NCBI GenBank assembly: GCA_002299795.1
Contig: DBNP01000005.1
Coordinates: forward strand, 1 to 47,715
Reading direction: 5' to 3'
Source: Candidatus Saccharibacteria bacterium UBA669
GTDB taxonomy: Bacteria > Patescibacteriota > Saccharimonadia > Saccharimonadales > Saccharimonadaceae
DNA length: 47,715 nucleotides
Shown here: in pieces, positions 10,335 to 19,764 of the stretch
Numbering within the stretch: position 1 is the first letter of the stretch
Layout of the letters: each line of letters opens with the position of its first letter
Made by a program: the position numbers and the translations under genes
The notes under the pieces: model-generated
Database searches by the model: none
What the model was told of the DNA's origin: nothing
The model's input: only the letters and a program-made list of their open reading frames with translations

Positions 10335-11331
10335 GATGTACCTTTAGTGCTTTATCAGTTGCCTCGAGTAGTTCGCGCAGTGCGGTCTCGTAATCGTCGT
10401 GAATTTTGAATCCAGCAGCATAGCTATGTCCACCGCCGCCAAAAAATCCGGCAATTTCGCTAGCAGTCGGCGTATTGCAGCGCAGCTTGCCTGTCAGTTT
10501 GCCATCGGGATATGTTTTGATGGCACAGGCAACTTCGACACCCTCGACAAGCCGCATTTCATCGAGCACTAGTACGCTCGGGTTGTAGCGGTCGGAGTAC
10601 TCGGCGATATCTTCCCATGGAATGTGAACTGTGGCGAGCTTGCCATCAAGATGGTACTCGATGCGCTCAATCAGCCGCGCTTTGTAGGCTAGGATGTCGG
10701 CTGGCTTTTTCATAAATTCTCGGCGTCTCAGCTCGATCTCTGCTGGTACGGCGCCAGCCTTCACGAGGTCAGCGACGATTTGGTAGGTTGTTGCGGTTGT
10801 GGACTGTGTGGTCAGACCAAGAGTGTCGCTTGCAATCGAGATATACAGTTGCTCAGCAGCCGCAGCTGATACCTGCCAGTTGGCTACGCGGGCGAGCTCA
10901 TAGATCACCTCGCCGGTTGATGCTGCCGTGGCGCTCATCACAAACTCGTGTGTAAATGACAGATCGTTCATGCTGGCGTCCTCGTCATTTTCGCCGTGGT
11001 GGTCGAGCACGACCACTGGGTGGCTCTCAAGAAAGTGGCGGACGCCTGGTGTTGCAAGCGCTTTTTCGACAAGCGCTTCGGCCGCGGTATCAACGATAAT
11101 AGCCACGTCGGCATCGTAGGGAAAATCATTCACTACCCTATCGCCACCCTGTATGTAGCGGAGGTATTTCGGCATCGTAATGGCACAGTAGAGAGTGACT
11201 TTTTTATCCTGCTCGGCTAGTAATTCTTCAAGTGCCAGGGAGCTTGCCAGGCTATCGCCATCAGGATTTTCACCCTGAATGACGACGACATGCGTGGCCC
11301 TGGTAATGATTTCGAGTGCTTTTTCGTACAT
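10315..11331 (-). CDS. DHH/DHHA1 phosphoesterase (NrnA-like oligoribonuclease)
   Basis: NPDGDS, VD, LDHH, SDT and GGGGH motifs; leaderless start after TATACT. Confidence 0.9.
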   Translation of the reverse strand: MYEKALEIITRATHVVVIQGENPDGDSLASSLALEELLAEQDKKVTLYCAITMPKYLRYIQGGDRVVNDFPYDADVAIIVDTAAEALVEKALATPGVRHFLESHPVVVLDHHGENDEDASMNDLSFTHEFVMSATAASTGEVIYELARVANWQVSAAAAEQLYISIASDTLGLTTQSTTATTYQIVADLVKAGAVPAEIELRRREFMKKPADILAYKARLIERIEYHLDGKLATVHIPWEDIAEYSDRYNPSVLVLDEMRLVEGVEVACAIKTYPDGKLTGKLRCNTPTASEIAGFFGGGGHSYAAGFKIHDDYETALRELLEATDKALKVHHGTTSV

Positions 11332-11434
11332 AAGCACTAGTATAGCATATCTGTTAGGCTTGACGAAATGAAGCAATAGGAGTCTAATATATTGTAGAGG
11401 GTAACGACCGAATCACGAGTTTGGATAGGAGCTG

Positions 11435-11737
11435 ATGACAGGTGAGCTACTCATGACTCAGCGTGCTCGACGTACACGGGTTACGAGACCTGTTGTGAAC
11501 CAAGCGCCTGGCTATAGCCGCGCCCGGTTCACCATCGAGAAGGCCTACGATGCGCTAGCCCTTGCGCCGTGGCGCGGAGTGGATCGACGGCGGTTCTATG
11601 CCGCACTGCGCAAAGCGCGCCTGGCCGACCAAGGCCATGAGCACGAGTACGGCTACGGCTCAGACCCGTTTCTGGGCGACCTGCTGTCGGACCTGGCGTA
11701 CGAAAACGTTCGCATGTGGCTTCGCGCCGCGCCCTAA
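11435..11737 (+). CDS. hypothetical GC-rich cassette gene (alternative start 11453)
   Basis: TTGACG promoter at about 11360, SD AGGAG, own terminator. Confidence 0.65.
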   Translation: MTGELLMTQRARRTRVTRPVVNQAPGYSRARFTIEKAYDALALAPWRGVDRRRFYAALRKARLADQGHEHEYGYGSDPFLGDLLSDLAYENVRMWLRAAP

Positions 11738-11744
11738 CACCACC

Positions 11745-11774
11745 AGCCTCCTACCAAGGAGGCTTTTTCAATTG
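11745..11774 (+). terminator. intrinsic terminator
   Basis: AGCCTCCT-ACCA-AGGAGGCT followed by TTTTCAATTG. Confidence 0.85.
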
Positions 11775-11775
11775 G

Positions 11776-12390
11776 CTACAGTGTGCGACGGCCTTCGAGC
11801 GCATGGCTCAGTGTGATCTGGTCGGCATACTCAAGGTCGACACCAACTGGTATGCCGCGTGCAAGTCGTGTCAGCTTGGTCGTCAGCTTGGCCTGCTCAA
11901 TCTGACGCTGAATAAAGAGCGCGGTTGACTCGCCCTCAACGCTCGCATTGGTGGCAATAATAACCTCCGTCACTTCATCAGACCGTATACGCGCAATGAG
12001 CTCCGGGATATGGAGCTGTTCTGGGCCGACACCATCGATGGGGCTGATAGCGCCACCAAGCACGTGGTAAGTACCCGAGTATTGGCCGGTGCGTTCGAGC
12101 GCTACGATATCAAGCGGCTCTTCGACGACGGCGATCAGCTGCTTGTTGCGTGTGTTGTCGCTGTAAAGCGGAGACACGTCCATATCGGGATCGATAAGCG
12201 CGAATGTGACTGGGCAGACATGCACACCCTGGTGCAGGCTGGCAATCGCCTGGGCCAGCCCGCTCGCGGTTCGCTCCTCAGCACGCAGCAAGTAATACGC
12301 ATAGCGCTCGGCGGTACGCGCTCCAACGCCAGGTAGCCGACCAAGCTCGTCAATAACAGCAAGCAAAGCTTTAGGAAGTAATTGATTCAT
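11776..12390 (-). CDS. recR: recombination mediator RecR
   Basis: LPGVG.RTAER, VVEEP.D, YHVLGGAISPIDG, EGESTA, LARGIPVG..LEYAD. Confidence 0.97.
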   Translation of the reverse strand: MNQLLPKALLAVIDELGRLPGVGARTAERYAYYLLRAEERTASGLAQAIASLHQGVHVCPVTFALIDPDMDVSPLYSDNTRNKQLIAVVEEPLDIVALERTGQYSGTYHVLGGAISPIDGVGPEQLHIPELIARIRSDEVTEVIIATNASVEGESTALFIQRQIEQAKLTTKLTRLARGIPVGVDLEYADQITLSHALEGRRTL

Positions 12391-12410
12391 GCAGTGAGAG
12401 AGGCTACGGG

Positions 12411-12701
12411 CTAGAAGCCGAGTTTGCCGAGTCCGCCCATGAGAGGCTTCATTTTTTCTGCAGCGATTTCCTGAGCCTTTGCCATGCCGTCGCGGATAGC
12501 GATTTCAAGCCAGTGCTCGAGCTCGTGAATATCCTCAAGGTCGACATATTGAGGGTCAATTTTTATACTCTTTACTTTGAGCTCACCAGTTATCTGCACG
12601 ACGACTGCACCGTCCCCCGCCTCAACTTCAACGATTTCGTTGGCGAGCGCTTTTTGGGCTTTTCGTAGGTCGTTTAGCATTTTCATTTGATCAAGTGCCA
12701 T
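12411..12701 (-). CDS. ybaB: YbaB/EbfC nucleoid-associated protein
   Basis: Size, EAGDGAV.V..TG....SIKIDP motif, position upstream of recR. Confidence 0.93.
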   Translation of the reverse strand: MALDQMKMLNDLRKAQKALANEIVEVEAGDGAVVVQITGELKVKSIKIDPQYVDLEDIHELEHWLEIAIRDGMAKAQEIAAEKMKPLMGGLGKLGF

Positions 12702-12739
12702 TACACTATTCCTCCGTCATTACTACTCGTCATTATACG

Positions 12740-14200
12740 CTATGTTGCCGGTGTTTTATAGATATAAAAGCGATCACTATCGTTTGACATACGATTGGTA
12801 ATGATTTGTGTGACCTCACCAGCTGGTTTCGATGAATGATAAAAATCGTGGCTCACAATGGTTAACTGCTTGCCGGGGCTATACGTCGTTGTGACAGTAA
12901 ACCGTGTATCGTAGTAGGCCATCATGGCATAAAACGGTAGTTCTTTCGGAGTGACAACGAGTAGTGTAGTCTTGGCGCTTGGCTGGTTTTTCTCAAATAT
13001 TTGTTGAAGCTGGCGCGTGTCGGTGCTGTAGTGCGAGAGAACCTGCCCGCTGTACAGGTAGTTGCCGGTAAACCTCACGACGCCCGAATACACAATACCG
13101 AGCACTATGGCCGAGAGTGGCAAGAGTCCGGCGATGCGCGCGTAGGGGTTGCGAGGGAAAAGCCGATACCAGTCGGTGATGAGCGTGGCGATACCAAGCG
13201 CAATCATCAGGCAGGCCAGCGGGAACAGGTTGTAGAGACGCTCTGGGTTGAGCAGCACGAGCGGTGCCATGACAAGTCCAAGCATCAGGGTGATATAGCT
13301 ACGCGCCGTGTATTTGTAGGTGATGAGTTTATATACTCCGACGGCGATGAGCAGGAAGAGGCCGAGCGAGTATGCTGGCCGCATAACGTAGCTTGTCGGC
13401 TCTGCGGCAAATCCAAATAGGTTGAGCACGATTTCAGTTAGGTTTTTCATGAGATGAACTTCGCCGGTAGGAAGGCCGAGTAACGTGAGTAGCACTTTGC
13501 TATCGATGGTTGTGGCGTAAATAAGAGGCGTGAGTGATACGAGCGCTAGGCCAATGCCAATCCATAAGCGCGGGCGCGAAAAGCGGAGGATTGTATAGCG
13601 GATATGCGGATGAAAAAATGTGGTTGTTAGCACAGCGATAACCAAATAGATACCAAGAGGAGTATAGACCGCAGTCGCCATCAGCACGCCAGTAAGAACT
13701 TTCCATAGTGTACCGAATGCCTTGTTGCGCGTCACGTAGGTGGCGGCAAATAGCAGCCAGATCATGATGAAACTAAAGGCAATGTGCGAAGTACCATCCT
13801 GCAGCAGGAACAGGAACTGGCTTGAAGTTACTGCGGTGATGGTGGCAATAACCGCGACATTACGTCGAAACCAAGTGCGCACGAGTAGGAAGATGCCAAT
13901 TGTCGTGAGTACGCCTAGTATGACCGATGGAAGCTTGATACCAAGTATCGTCACACCAAATACTGTCATAGTGGCACGCTGCAGAATATGATACGGCAAG
14001 TCAATGACCATGCGCGGTTCAAGCGCTTCGACTGACAGTGCGCCACTTTGTAGAGCAGCGTCAATCTCTCCCTGCCTTAGCGCACCGGGAACATGAAAGC
14101 TAACTAGGTAAAATATTGCGCTTACAGAAGCAATTAAAAAGACGTATCCAATGATATACCGCCAACGGTAGAGTGCATAATCAGTGACCTGCTTTAGCAT
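12740..14200 (-). CDS. GT-C fold membrane glycosyltransferase (ArnT/PMT family 39-like)
   Basis: Multiple TM helices with E in first loop, then LPYH and IKLPSVILG pattern. Confidence 0.7.
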   Translation of the reverse strand: MLKQVTDYALYRWRYIIGYVFLIASVSAIFYLVSFHVPGALRQGEIDAALQSGALSVEALEPRMVIDLPYHILQRATMTVFGVTILGIKLPSVILGVLTTIGIFLLVRTWFRRNVAVIATITAVTSSQFLFLLQDGTSHIAFSFIMIWLLFAATYVTRNKAFGTLWKVLTGVLMATAVYTPLGIYLVIAVLTTTFFHPHIRYTILRFSRPRLWIGIGLALVSLTPLIYATTIDSKVLLTLLGLPTGEVHLMKNLTEIVLNLFGFAAEPTSYVMRPAYSLGLFLLIAVGVYKLITYKYTARSYITLMLGLVMAPLVLLNPERLYNLFPLACLMIALGIATLITDWYRLFPRNPYARIAGLLPLSAIVLGIVYSGVVRFTGNYLYSGQVLSHYSTDTRQLQQIFEKNQPSAKTTLLVVTPKELPFYAMMAYYDTRFTVTTTYSPGKQLTIVSHDFYHSSKPAGEVTQIITNRMSNDSDRFYIYKTPAT

Positions 14201-14253
14201 AACTAGTAGATATTATACCATGCCGCTATCAAGCTCATGCCTATTATGATGCT

Positions 14254-15606
14254 CTACTCGCGTCGTTTGTCGAGTGACATAAACCGTAGTCGCTCAGGGT
14301 GGAAGTAGAGCTGCACTTTGCCGACGGGCCCGTTTCGGTGCTTGGCGATGATAAGATCAGTGATGTTCTGTACCTCTGGGTTGTCAGGCTCATAGTAGCC
14401 CGGTCGATAAATAAAGCTCACGATATCGGCATCCTGCTCGATGCTTCCTGATTCACGCAGGTCAGACAGCTGTGGAATCGGTGGGTTGCGACTCTCGACC
14501 AGACGGCTAAGCTGACTGAGCGCGATCAGTGGCACGTTGAGCTCGCGCGCAATGAGCTTGAGGCCACGGCTAATCTCGCTCACCTCCTGGACGCGGTTTC
14601 CCTTGTAGTCACCGGTTGATTGCATAAGCTGTAGGTAGTCAACGACAATCAGCCCAAGTGGCTGGTCGTGGGCAGCGCGGCGCGCTTTGGTGCGCATTTC
14701 CAGCACACTGAGGCCCGGCGTATCGTCGATAAAGATTGGTGCTTCGGCCATCTCCCCCATCGCTTCACTAATTTTGCTGAAATCATCATCACTTAGGTTG
14801 CCGGTACGAATATTCCAGCTATCAACCCCGCTGGCATCGGCTAGCATACGATCAATAAGCTGCTCTTTGCTCATCTCGAGGCTAAAAAACAGCACCGGTA
14901 GCTTGGCGATAGTCGCCACGTTGTATGCGAGGTTGGTTACGAGCGTGGTCTTACCCATCGCTGGGCGGGCGGCAAGGATAATAAGGTCACTGCGCTGCAA
15001 GCCAGCGGTCATGTTGTCGAGGTCTCGGTAGCCGGTGCGGATACCGCGCAGAGTGCCCTTGTTGCGATGGAGCTCTTCGATACGGTCAAAGCTCTCTGTC
15101 AAAATACTTTCAATACTGACAAGGTCTTGCTTGAGTGACTGATCACTGACGCTAAATAGCTCAGCCTCGGCCTTTTCGAGTAGCTCCTGAGTCGTAGTGT
15201 CTTCATCGAAGCCCATTTCACTAATCTCGGCGCTGGCGCGAATTAGCCGTCGACGCACGGCTTTTTGCTGAACCAGCTCGGCGTATGCTCGAGCGTTTGC
15301 GGCAGTCGGCACGTAGTTTGTTAGCTCGGTCAGGTAAGCGCTGCCACCAACTGTTTCAAGATCATCTTTCTTTTTCAGCTCCTCAGATAGCGTCAGTAGG
15401 TCAACCGGTTTGTGGCGCTCATATAGTCGCATCATTCCAGCAAAGATCAGTCCATGGCGTTTGTCATAAAAATCCTTTGCACTAACAAGTTCACTGGCAT
15501 CGGCCAGCACTTCTTCGTCAATCAATACTGCGCCAAGCAGACTCATTTCGGCATCAAGTGACTGCGGAGGAATCTTGCCTGCGCTAACTTGCTTTTTCTC
15601 GGCCAT
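14254..15606 (-). CDS. dnaB: replicative DNA helicase
   Basis: PPQSLDAE, AARPAMGKT, FSLEM, VDYLQL, LSDLRESGSIEQDAD, KHRNGP; no intein. Confidence 0.98.
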   Translation of the reverse strand: MAEKKQVSAGKIPPQSLDAEMSLLGAVLIDEEVLADASELVSAKDFYDKRHGLIFAGMMRLYERHKPVDLLTLSEELKKKDDLETVGGSAYLTELTNYVPTAANARAYAELVQQKAVRRRLIRASAEISEMGFDEDTTTQELLEKAEAELFSVSDQSLKQDLVSIESILTESFDRIEELHRNKGTLRGIRTGYRDLDNMTAGLQRSDLIILAARPAMGKTTLVTNLAYNVATIAKLPVLFFSLEMSKEQLIDRMLADASGVDSWNIRTGNLSDDDFSKISEAMGEMAEAPIFIDDTPGLSVLEMRTKARRAAHDQPLGLIVVDYLQLMQSTGDYKGNRVQEVSEISRGLKLIARELNVPLIALSQLSRLVESRNPPIPQLSDLRESGSIEQDADIVSFIYRPGYYEPDNPEVQNITDLIIAKHRNGPVGKVQLYFHPERLRFMSLDKRRE

Positions 15607-16982
15607 TACAACGACACCTCTTCTCCACCACCCATAATATCAAGAACAGCCGCTGTTGTGCTATCGCTGGCCGGCTTTGGCTCGGCAAGCACCGTCACCT
15701 CAGTGTCATTGACGCCAAGTTGCTGCAGGCAAGAGGCTATACTGCTCATTGACTTTTCAAGCTGTTTTTTGGCAAATGGTTTGCCGGCATAGATGACCAA
15801 ATGCCCCGGGCTGTAGTGATAGCCGCATTTAGACAGCATTGTGCTAGCCCCCATCGAATCAGCTTTGAGTGCTATCAAAAAATCTTGCCAAGGGAACTCG
15901 GCCTCCTCTTGTATCGGAGCGACTGGTGTGGGAACTGGCGGTACGGCGGGTGCTGCCTGAGCGGCCTTTGCTGGCTTGACGACGGGTGGTTTAGGCGCGG
16001 CAACGGGCTTACTGGCAGGCTGGGCTGCGGTGGGTGGTGGCGTCGACATACGACTGCCAAGTGCGGTTAAGAGTTTGATGTGCGGCCACGCACTTCGGGG
16101 TATTTCGAGTAGCCTATCAAGCAGCGGCAGTAGCTGTGGCTCTGTTGCAATGCGGGTGCGAATAGTGCGAATCAACTGCTCGGCAAGTGTTGCGGCGGGC
16201 GTACCGCGCTGCTCGTTGTCATCAATGAGCTGTACTAGCGTGGCGAGGTCATTGGCTTGATATGCATCAAGAATGCGCTCGACGGTATCGGTGTCGGCGA
16301 GCCCCAAGACTCGTTCGATCAGATCTGGGCTGATTGTATCATCACTAATGTTTTGCAGCTGGTCTAGCAGGCTAATGCTGTCGCGAAAACTGCCGCGTCC
16401 ATGGTGTGCGATGAGCGCGAGCGATTCATCACTGATCGCGATATGCTCGGCGTCGGCAATGGTGCGTAGGTGACGCGCGGCATCTTGCTCAGTGATGGCG
16501 CGGAAGTTGAATCGCTGAACCCGGCTAATAATCGTGGGCGGCAGCTTGTCGACATCGGTTGTAGCTAGGATAAATACCACATGCTCGGGCGGCTCCTCGA
16601 GAGTTTTGAGCAGCGCGTTGAATGCTTGTTTGGACAGCATATGCACCTCGTCGATAATGTAGATTTTTTTGCGAGCACTCGTGGGCGCAATTTGCACCTT
16701 GTCGCGTAGGTCGCGAATGTCATCAACCCCGTTGTTGCTTGCCGCATCGATCTCAACGATATCAAGATGAATCGACTCGTCGGTATAGGGTAATTTGTTT
16801 ATTTCGTGTGCCAATATGCGCGCAATGCTAGTCTTGCCAACACCGCGTGGGCCGGTCAGCAAGTAGGCATGTGCAACTTTGTCGGCGCTAATGGCTCGCT
16901 GCAGTAGATCGGTAATGTGTGACTGCCCGACGATCTCGTCGAGCGATTTACTCCGATATTTGCGGTATAGCGCCTGCCCCAT
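15606..16982 (-). CDS. dnaX: DNA polymerase III gamma/tau subunit
   Basis: LYRKYR, GPRGVGKTS, EIDAASN, IDEVHML, NALLKTLEEP; Pro/Ala linker; leaderless start after TATAAT. Confidence 0.97.
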   Translation of the reverse strand: MGQALYRKYRSKSLDEIVGQSHITDLLQRAISADKVAHAYLLTGPRGVGKTSIARILAHEINKLPYTDESIHLDIVEIDAASNNGVDDIRDLRDKVQIAPTSARKKIYIIDEVHMLSKQAFNALLKTLEEPPEHVVFILATTDVDKLPPTIISRVQRFNFRAITEQDAARHLRTIADAEHIAISDESLALIAHHGRGSFRDSISLLDQLQNISDDTISPDLIERVLGLADTDTVERILDAYQANDLATLVQLIDDNEQRGTPAATLAEQLIRTIRTRIATEPQLLPLLDRLLEIPRSAWPHIKLLTALGSRMSTPPPTAAQPASKPVAAPKPPVVKPAKAAQAAPAVPPVPTPVAPIQEEAEFPWQDFLIALKADSMGASTMLSKCGYHYSPGHLVIYAGKPFAKKQLEKSMSSIASCLQQLGVNDTEVTVLAEPKPASDSTTAAVLDIMGGGEEVSL

Positions 16983-17079
16983 TGCCCTCATTATATCGTT
17001 TTGCGCCGACAAATACTGTTGTCGAATTGGCTAAACAGTAAGCATTTTATATCACTAAGTTGCAGTATATGTAACTTTA

Positions 17080-17580
17080 ATGTATGATACGAACAATATG
17101 TTTGAGTCACGAAAAGGTAAAAGAAAATTTGATGCATGCGCACTAAAACGTGTCGAGTATATTGAACAAGTAGGGGTCATTAGACAAGGAGTGAGAATAA
17201 GTATTCCGGTAAGCTCATTGCAAGTTGGAGAAGATGCCAATTCTAGCAAAGGCGTGAAACCCATACTTACCTGTCCCAAGCTCGACGAGCTTGGTCTATC
17301 TATTTATTCTGATAGGGAGCGAGAGCCCTATGGATATGGGGGAAAAACCAATGCACTAGAGAATATTCGTGCAATTGCTGGCAAAACAGTCTGTGCAAGC
17401 TGTGAACTTGCCGGTATGACGGCGACTCAGGTTGCCGATAGGCGGCGCGAAGTGGCTGAGGCAGAGGCACGCGCGCTGATTGCAGAAGCGAACCTGAACG
17501 CGCTTCAATCCAAAGTTGCTGCTGGTGATACCATCATCCAAGATTTACCTCCAGATGGTGGCTTGTATCCGCAGGTGTAG
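17080..17580 (+). CDS. hypothetical protein, Cys motifs plus coiled coil
   Basis: Long ORF filling the gap; CPK and CASC motifs; start uncertain. Confidence 0.65.
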   Translation: MYDTNNMFESRKGKRKFDACALKRVEYIEQVGVIRQGVRISIPVSSLQVGEDANSSKGVKPILTCPKLDELGLSIYSDREREPYGYGGKTNALENIRAIAGKTVCASCELAGMTATQVADRRREVAEAEARALIAEANLNALQSKVAAGDTIIQDLPPDGGLYPQV

Positions 17581-17601
17581 CTTGTGCTTGCAACGCGAAC
17601 C

Positions 17602-18240
17602 CTACGATAGCTCTGCTAGGTGGTAGCATGCTCCACAAAGGGCGCGGTAGGTAGTCAGTGGCCGTTCGGTCGCCGCGCTGCCTTCTTCGTCAATCGCGGT
17701 CTGCTCACCAACAAAGGTAAAGATACCATTAATCAGCCTGGTGTTAAACCTAGCTTGGTTGCCGCACTCACCTAGCTGGTACCCGTCGCAGACACTCGGT
17801 AGCCAAATCGTGTCGTCGGCCAGCTCGCGAAGCCGCTGTGAGCCCGGGAAAAAGTGGCGCTGAAAATCAGTCTCAATGCCGTAGCTATATACCGACACGC
17901 CGTATTCGTCAGTTAGCTCACGAAACTGTGCGGCCTGCTGGGGTGTAATAAACTGCGATTCATCGCAAATCAGCGCGAGCCGGGGCGCCTGCGGGTGGAG
18001 AGACGCTGCCACTGCGTGGACGCGCTCAATTGCATCGTCATCTGGGCCAAGCAAAAAATCAATGTCTTCTTGAATCCTGCCCTTAAACCGTGTTTCAATG
18101 CGTGTCTCTGCTTTGGTATCAACGGGCGATTTGCAAGCAATGACGCCAAAGTGTCGCCGCGCCAGATTGTAGCGCATACGCATAGCTTCGAGTGTCTTGC
18201 CGCTGCCCATCGCGCCGACTGTGTTGATAAATTCTGCCAT
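17602..18240 (-). CDS. tdk: thymidine kinase
   Basis: GAMGSGKT, DESQF, YGI.TDF...F.GS, YRALCGACY; SD GGGAGG. Confidence 0.95.
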   Translation of the reverse strand: MAEFINTVGAMGSGKTLEAMRMRYNLARRHFGVIACKSPVDTKAETRIETRFKGRIQEDIDFLLGPDDDAIERVHAVAASLHPQAPRLALICDESQFITPQQAAQFRELTDEYGVSVYSYGIETDFQRHFFPGSQRLRELADDTIWLPSVCDGYQLGECGNQARFNTRLINGIFTFVGEQTAIDEEGSAATERPLTTYRALCGACYHLAELS

Positions 18241-18304
18241 ATACCTCCCGTGCTGTCGAAGTATAGTATAGCGAACTGCCACATCCTTGTCGTGGGTGAT
18301 TTTT

Positions 18305-18345
18305 ACAATGAAATGCCGCGCAGACTGAGCCTGCGCGGTGGGTGG
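18305..18345 (-). terminator. hairpin terminator of 18346 cassette
   Basis: CCGCGCAG-GCTCAGT-CTGCGCGG then CATTTCATT. Confidence 0.7.
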
Positions 18346-18633
18346 TCAGAGTAGGGATTCCTCCGACAGGTTTGACCTGTTCTTGTACAGGTAGTCCTGT
18401 CCGGCCAGGATGACAAGGCTGAAGGCAAAGATGGCCAGTGAGCCAAGCGTCATGCGTGTTCCACGCTCATCGCCAAACACGGTGAGCCCGAGGCCGATGG
18501 CGGTGCCAAATGCGCTCGCCGTACCGATCAGCGTGAGCGGAACAGTAACGCAGATGAACAGCACGGCCATCAGCGTGTCGTTTAGCGCACCGATCAGCCA
18601 GCGTACAGCACGCCGCAAGCGCTGAATGACCAT
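18346..18633 (-). CDS. small membrane protein (cassette gene 2)
   Basis: Hydrophobic segments; ATG lies 1 nt after the stop of the upstream micro-ORF. Confidence 0.7.
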   Translation of the reverse strand: MVIQRLRRAVRWLIGALNDTLMAVLFICVTVPLTLIGTASAFGTAIGLGLTVFGDERGTRMTLGSLAIFAFSLVILAGQDYLYKNRSNLSEESLL

Positions 18634-18634
18634 A

Positions 18635-18802
18635 TCAGGGCACCTTCCAGTTGGCAATCAGCAGGTACGCACCGGAAAAGACCATGGTGGCACCGGTGTA
18701 GAACGCTATGGTCGCCCAGCGCCCACCATGCACGGCACTGGCAAATGCGCCCGCAGCCAGAAGGTATCCACCAGCAACGAGGATAAGAATGAACAGTGCC
18801 AT
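18635..18802 (-). CDS. 55-aa two-TM membrane protein, not in ORF track
   Basis: Hand translation MALFILILVAGGYLLAAGAFASAVHGGRWATIAFYTGATMVFSGAYLLIANWKVP*; SD GAGGAG; promoter TTGCAT..TATAAA at 18848-18875. Confidence 0.75.
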   Translation of the reverse strand: MALFILILVAGGYLLAAGAFASAVHGGRWATIAFYTGATMVFSGAYLLIANWKVP

Positions 18803-18911
18803 GACGACTCCTCTACTCGATACTCGAAGAACAACCCTTAAGCACTATTTATACCACAAAAAGACACACATGCAAATACAGCAGGTGTGCCAAATGTGTG
18901 ATGCGACGTGG

Positions 18912-19427
18912 CTAGAGTGCTGCTTCGACAGCTGCCCAGGTAGCGTCTGGGTTGTCCTCGGGGACGATAATCGTGACTTGATCACCAATGTTGATACGGA
19001 AATAGGTGACGCTTGCCAGGAGAATACGGTACTCGCGACCGCTTGCCTCAACGTAGTAGGCGCCGTCGTGTTGGACGAGTGTACCGATGATTTGCCTGCG
19101 TGCGATCGGCCCAATTTGCTTGTAGATAAAGCCGCCGTCATCAGCGATCGTCAGCTTTAGGATGTCTCCCTCGACGAGCTTGCTTTTGCTGGCGTAGTTA
19201 GCGGGTACCGGGTAGCTTTTGCCGTCAGGGCCAATCATGACTTGTCCGTCGAATACGCCCTCAATCACCTTGCCGGTTACTTCTTCACGACTGTTGGTGG
19301 GGGTTACAACGGTGCCATCGTCGCCAATGACGCTAATCAGCAGCTCTTTTGCGGCCGCTAGGTTTGTTTCTGCCTCTTGAATGAGCGACTTCAGTCGCTT
19401 GACTTGTTTTTCTGGTAACTCAGACAT
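18912..19427 (-). CDS. conserved hypothetical protein (CPR-type)
   Basis: IEGVFDGQ.M...DGK.YPVPANYASKSKLVEGD.LKLTI pattern; SD AAGGA. Confidence 0.8.
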   Translation of the reverse strand: MSELPEKQVKRLKSLIQEAETNLAAAKELLISVIGDDGTVVTPTNSREEVTGKVIEGVFDGQVMIGPDGKSYPVPANYASKSKLVEGDILKLTIADDGGFIYKQIGPIARRQIIGTLVQHDGAYYVEASGREYRILLASVTYFRINIGDQVTIIVPEDNPDATWAAVEAAL

Positions 19428-19598
19428 ATTAGTTCTCGCAATCCTTGTCTGTTTTGGTAGTAATACCCTCATTATATACCGCGCGCGACGTTCGCTGTCA
19501 AGCCTGAAATTTTCCACACGCCGGCGAGAGGTAGATGAAAAATCGTTGTAATTTTTATATATTATCAGACAATATTGCCCAGTGTTTGGCGATATCAC

Positions 19599-19653
19599 CA
19601 ATTGAAACGACCCGGCATCCCAGTCCCGCAGGGGGGAAAGGATGCCGGGTCGT
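19599..19653 (-). terminator. long hairpin terminator
   Basis: 14-bp stem ACGACCCGGCATCC/GGATGCCGGGTCGT then TTCAATTG. Confidence 0.85.
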
Positions 19654-19661
19654 GGTGGCCG

Positions 19662-19727
19662 TCAGCGAGGGCGGTCCTCGTCAGGCCAGCCGGTTTCCCG
19701 GTCTTCGGCGTCGTTGTACTGCGTCAT
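19662..19727 (-). CDS. 21-aa acidic micro-ORF, not in ORF track
   Basis: MTQYNDAEDRETGWPDEDRPR*, preceded by GAGGAGGTG SD and followed directly by the terminator. Confidence 0.6.
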   Translation of the reverse strand: MTQYNDAEDRETGWPDEDRPR

Positions 19728-19764
19728 ACTATCACCTCCTCAGTGTATGGTGATCGCGTAGTCG

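Noticed and set aside
15606-16982. Programmed frameshift in dnaX
   Set aside because: No A AAA AAG site after the core domains; the A7 run near 16665 is inside the ATPase domain.
18275-18911. Target-site duplication around the 18346-18802 cassette
   Set aside because: Only patchy similarity (TGCCA..AT..CGTGG), not distinguishable from chance.
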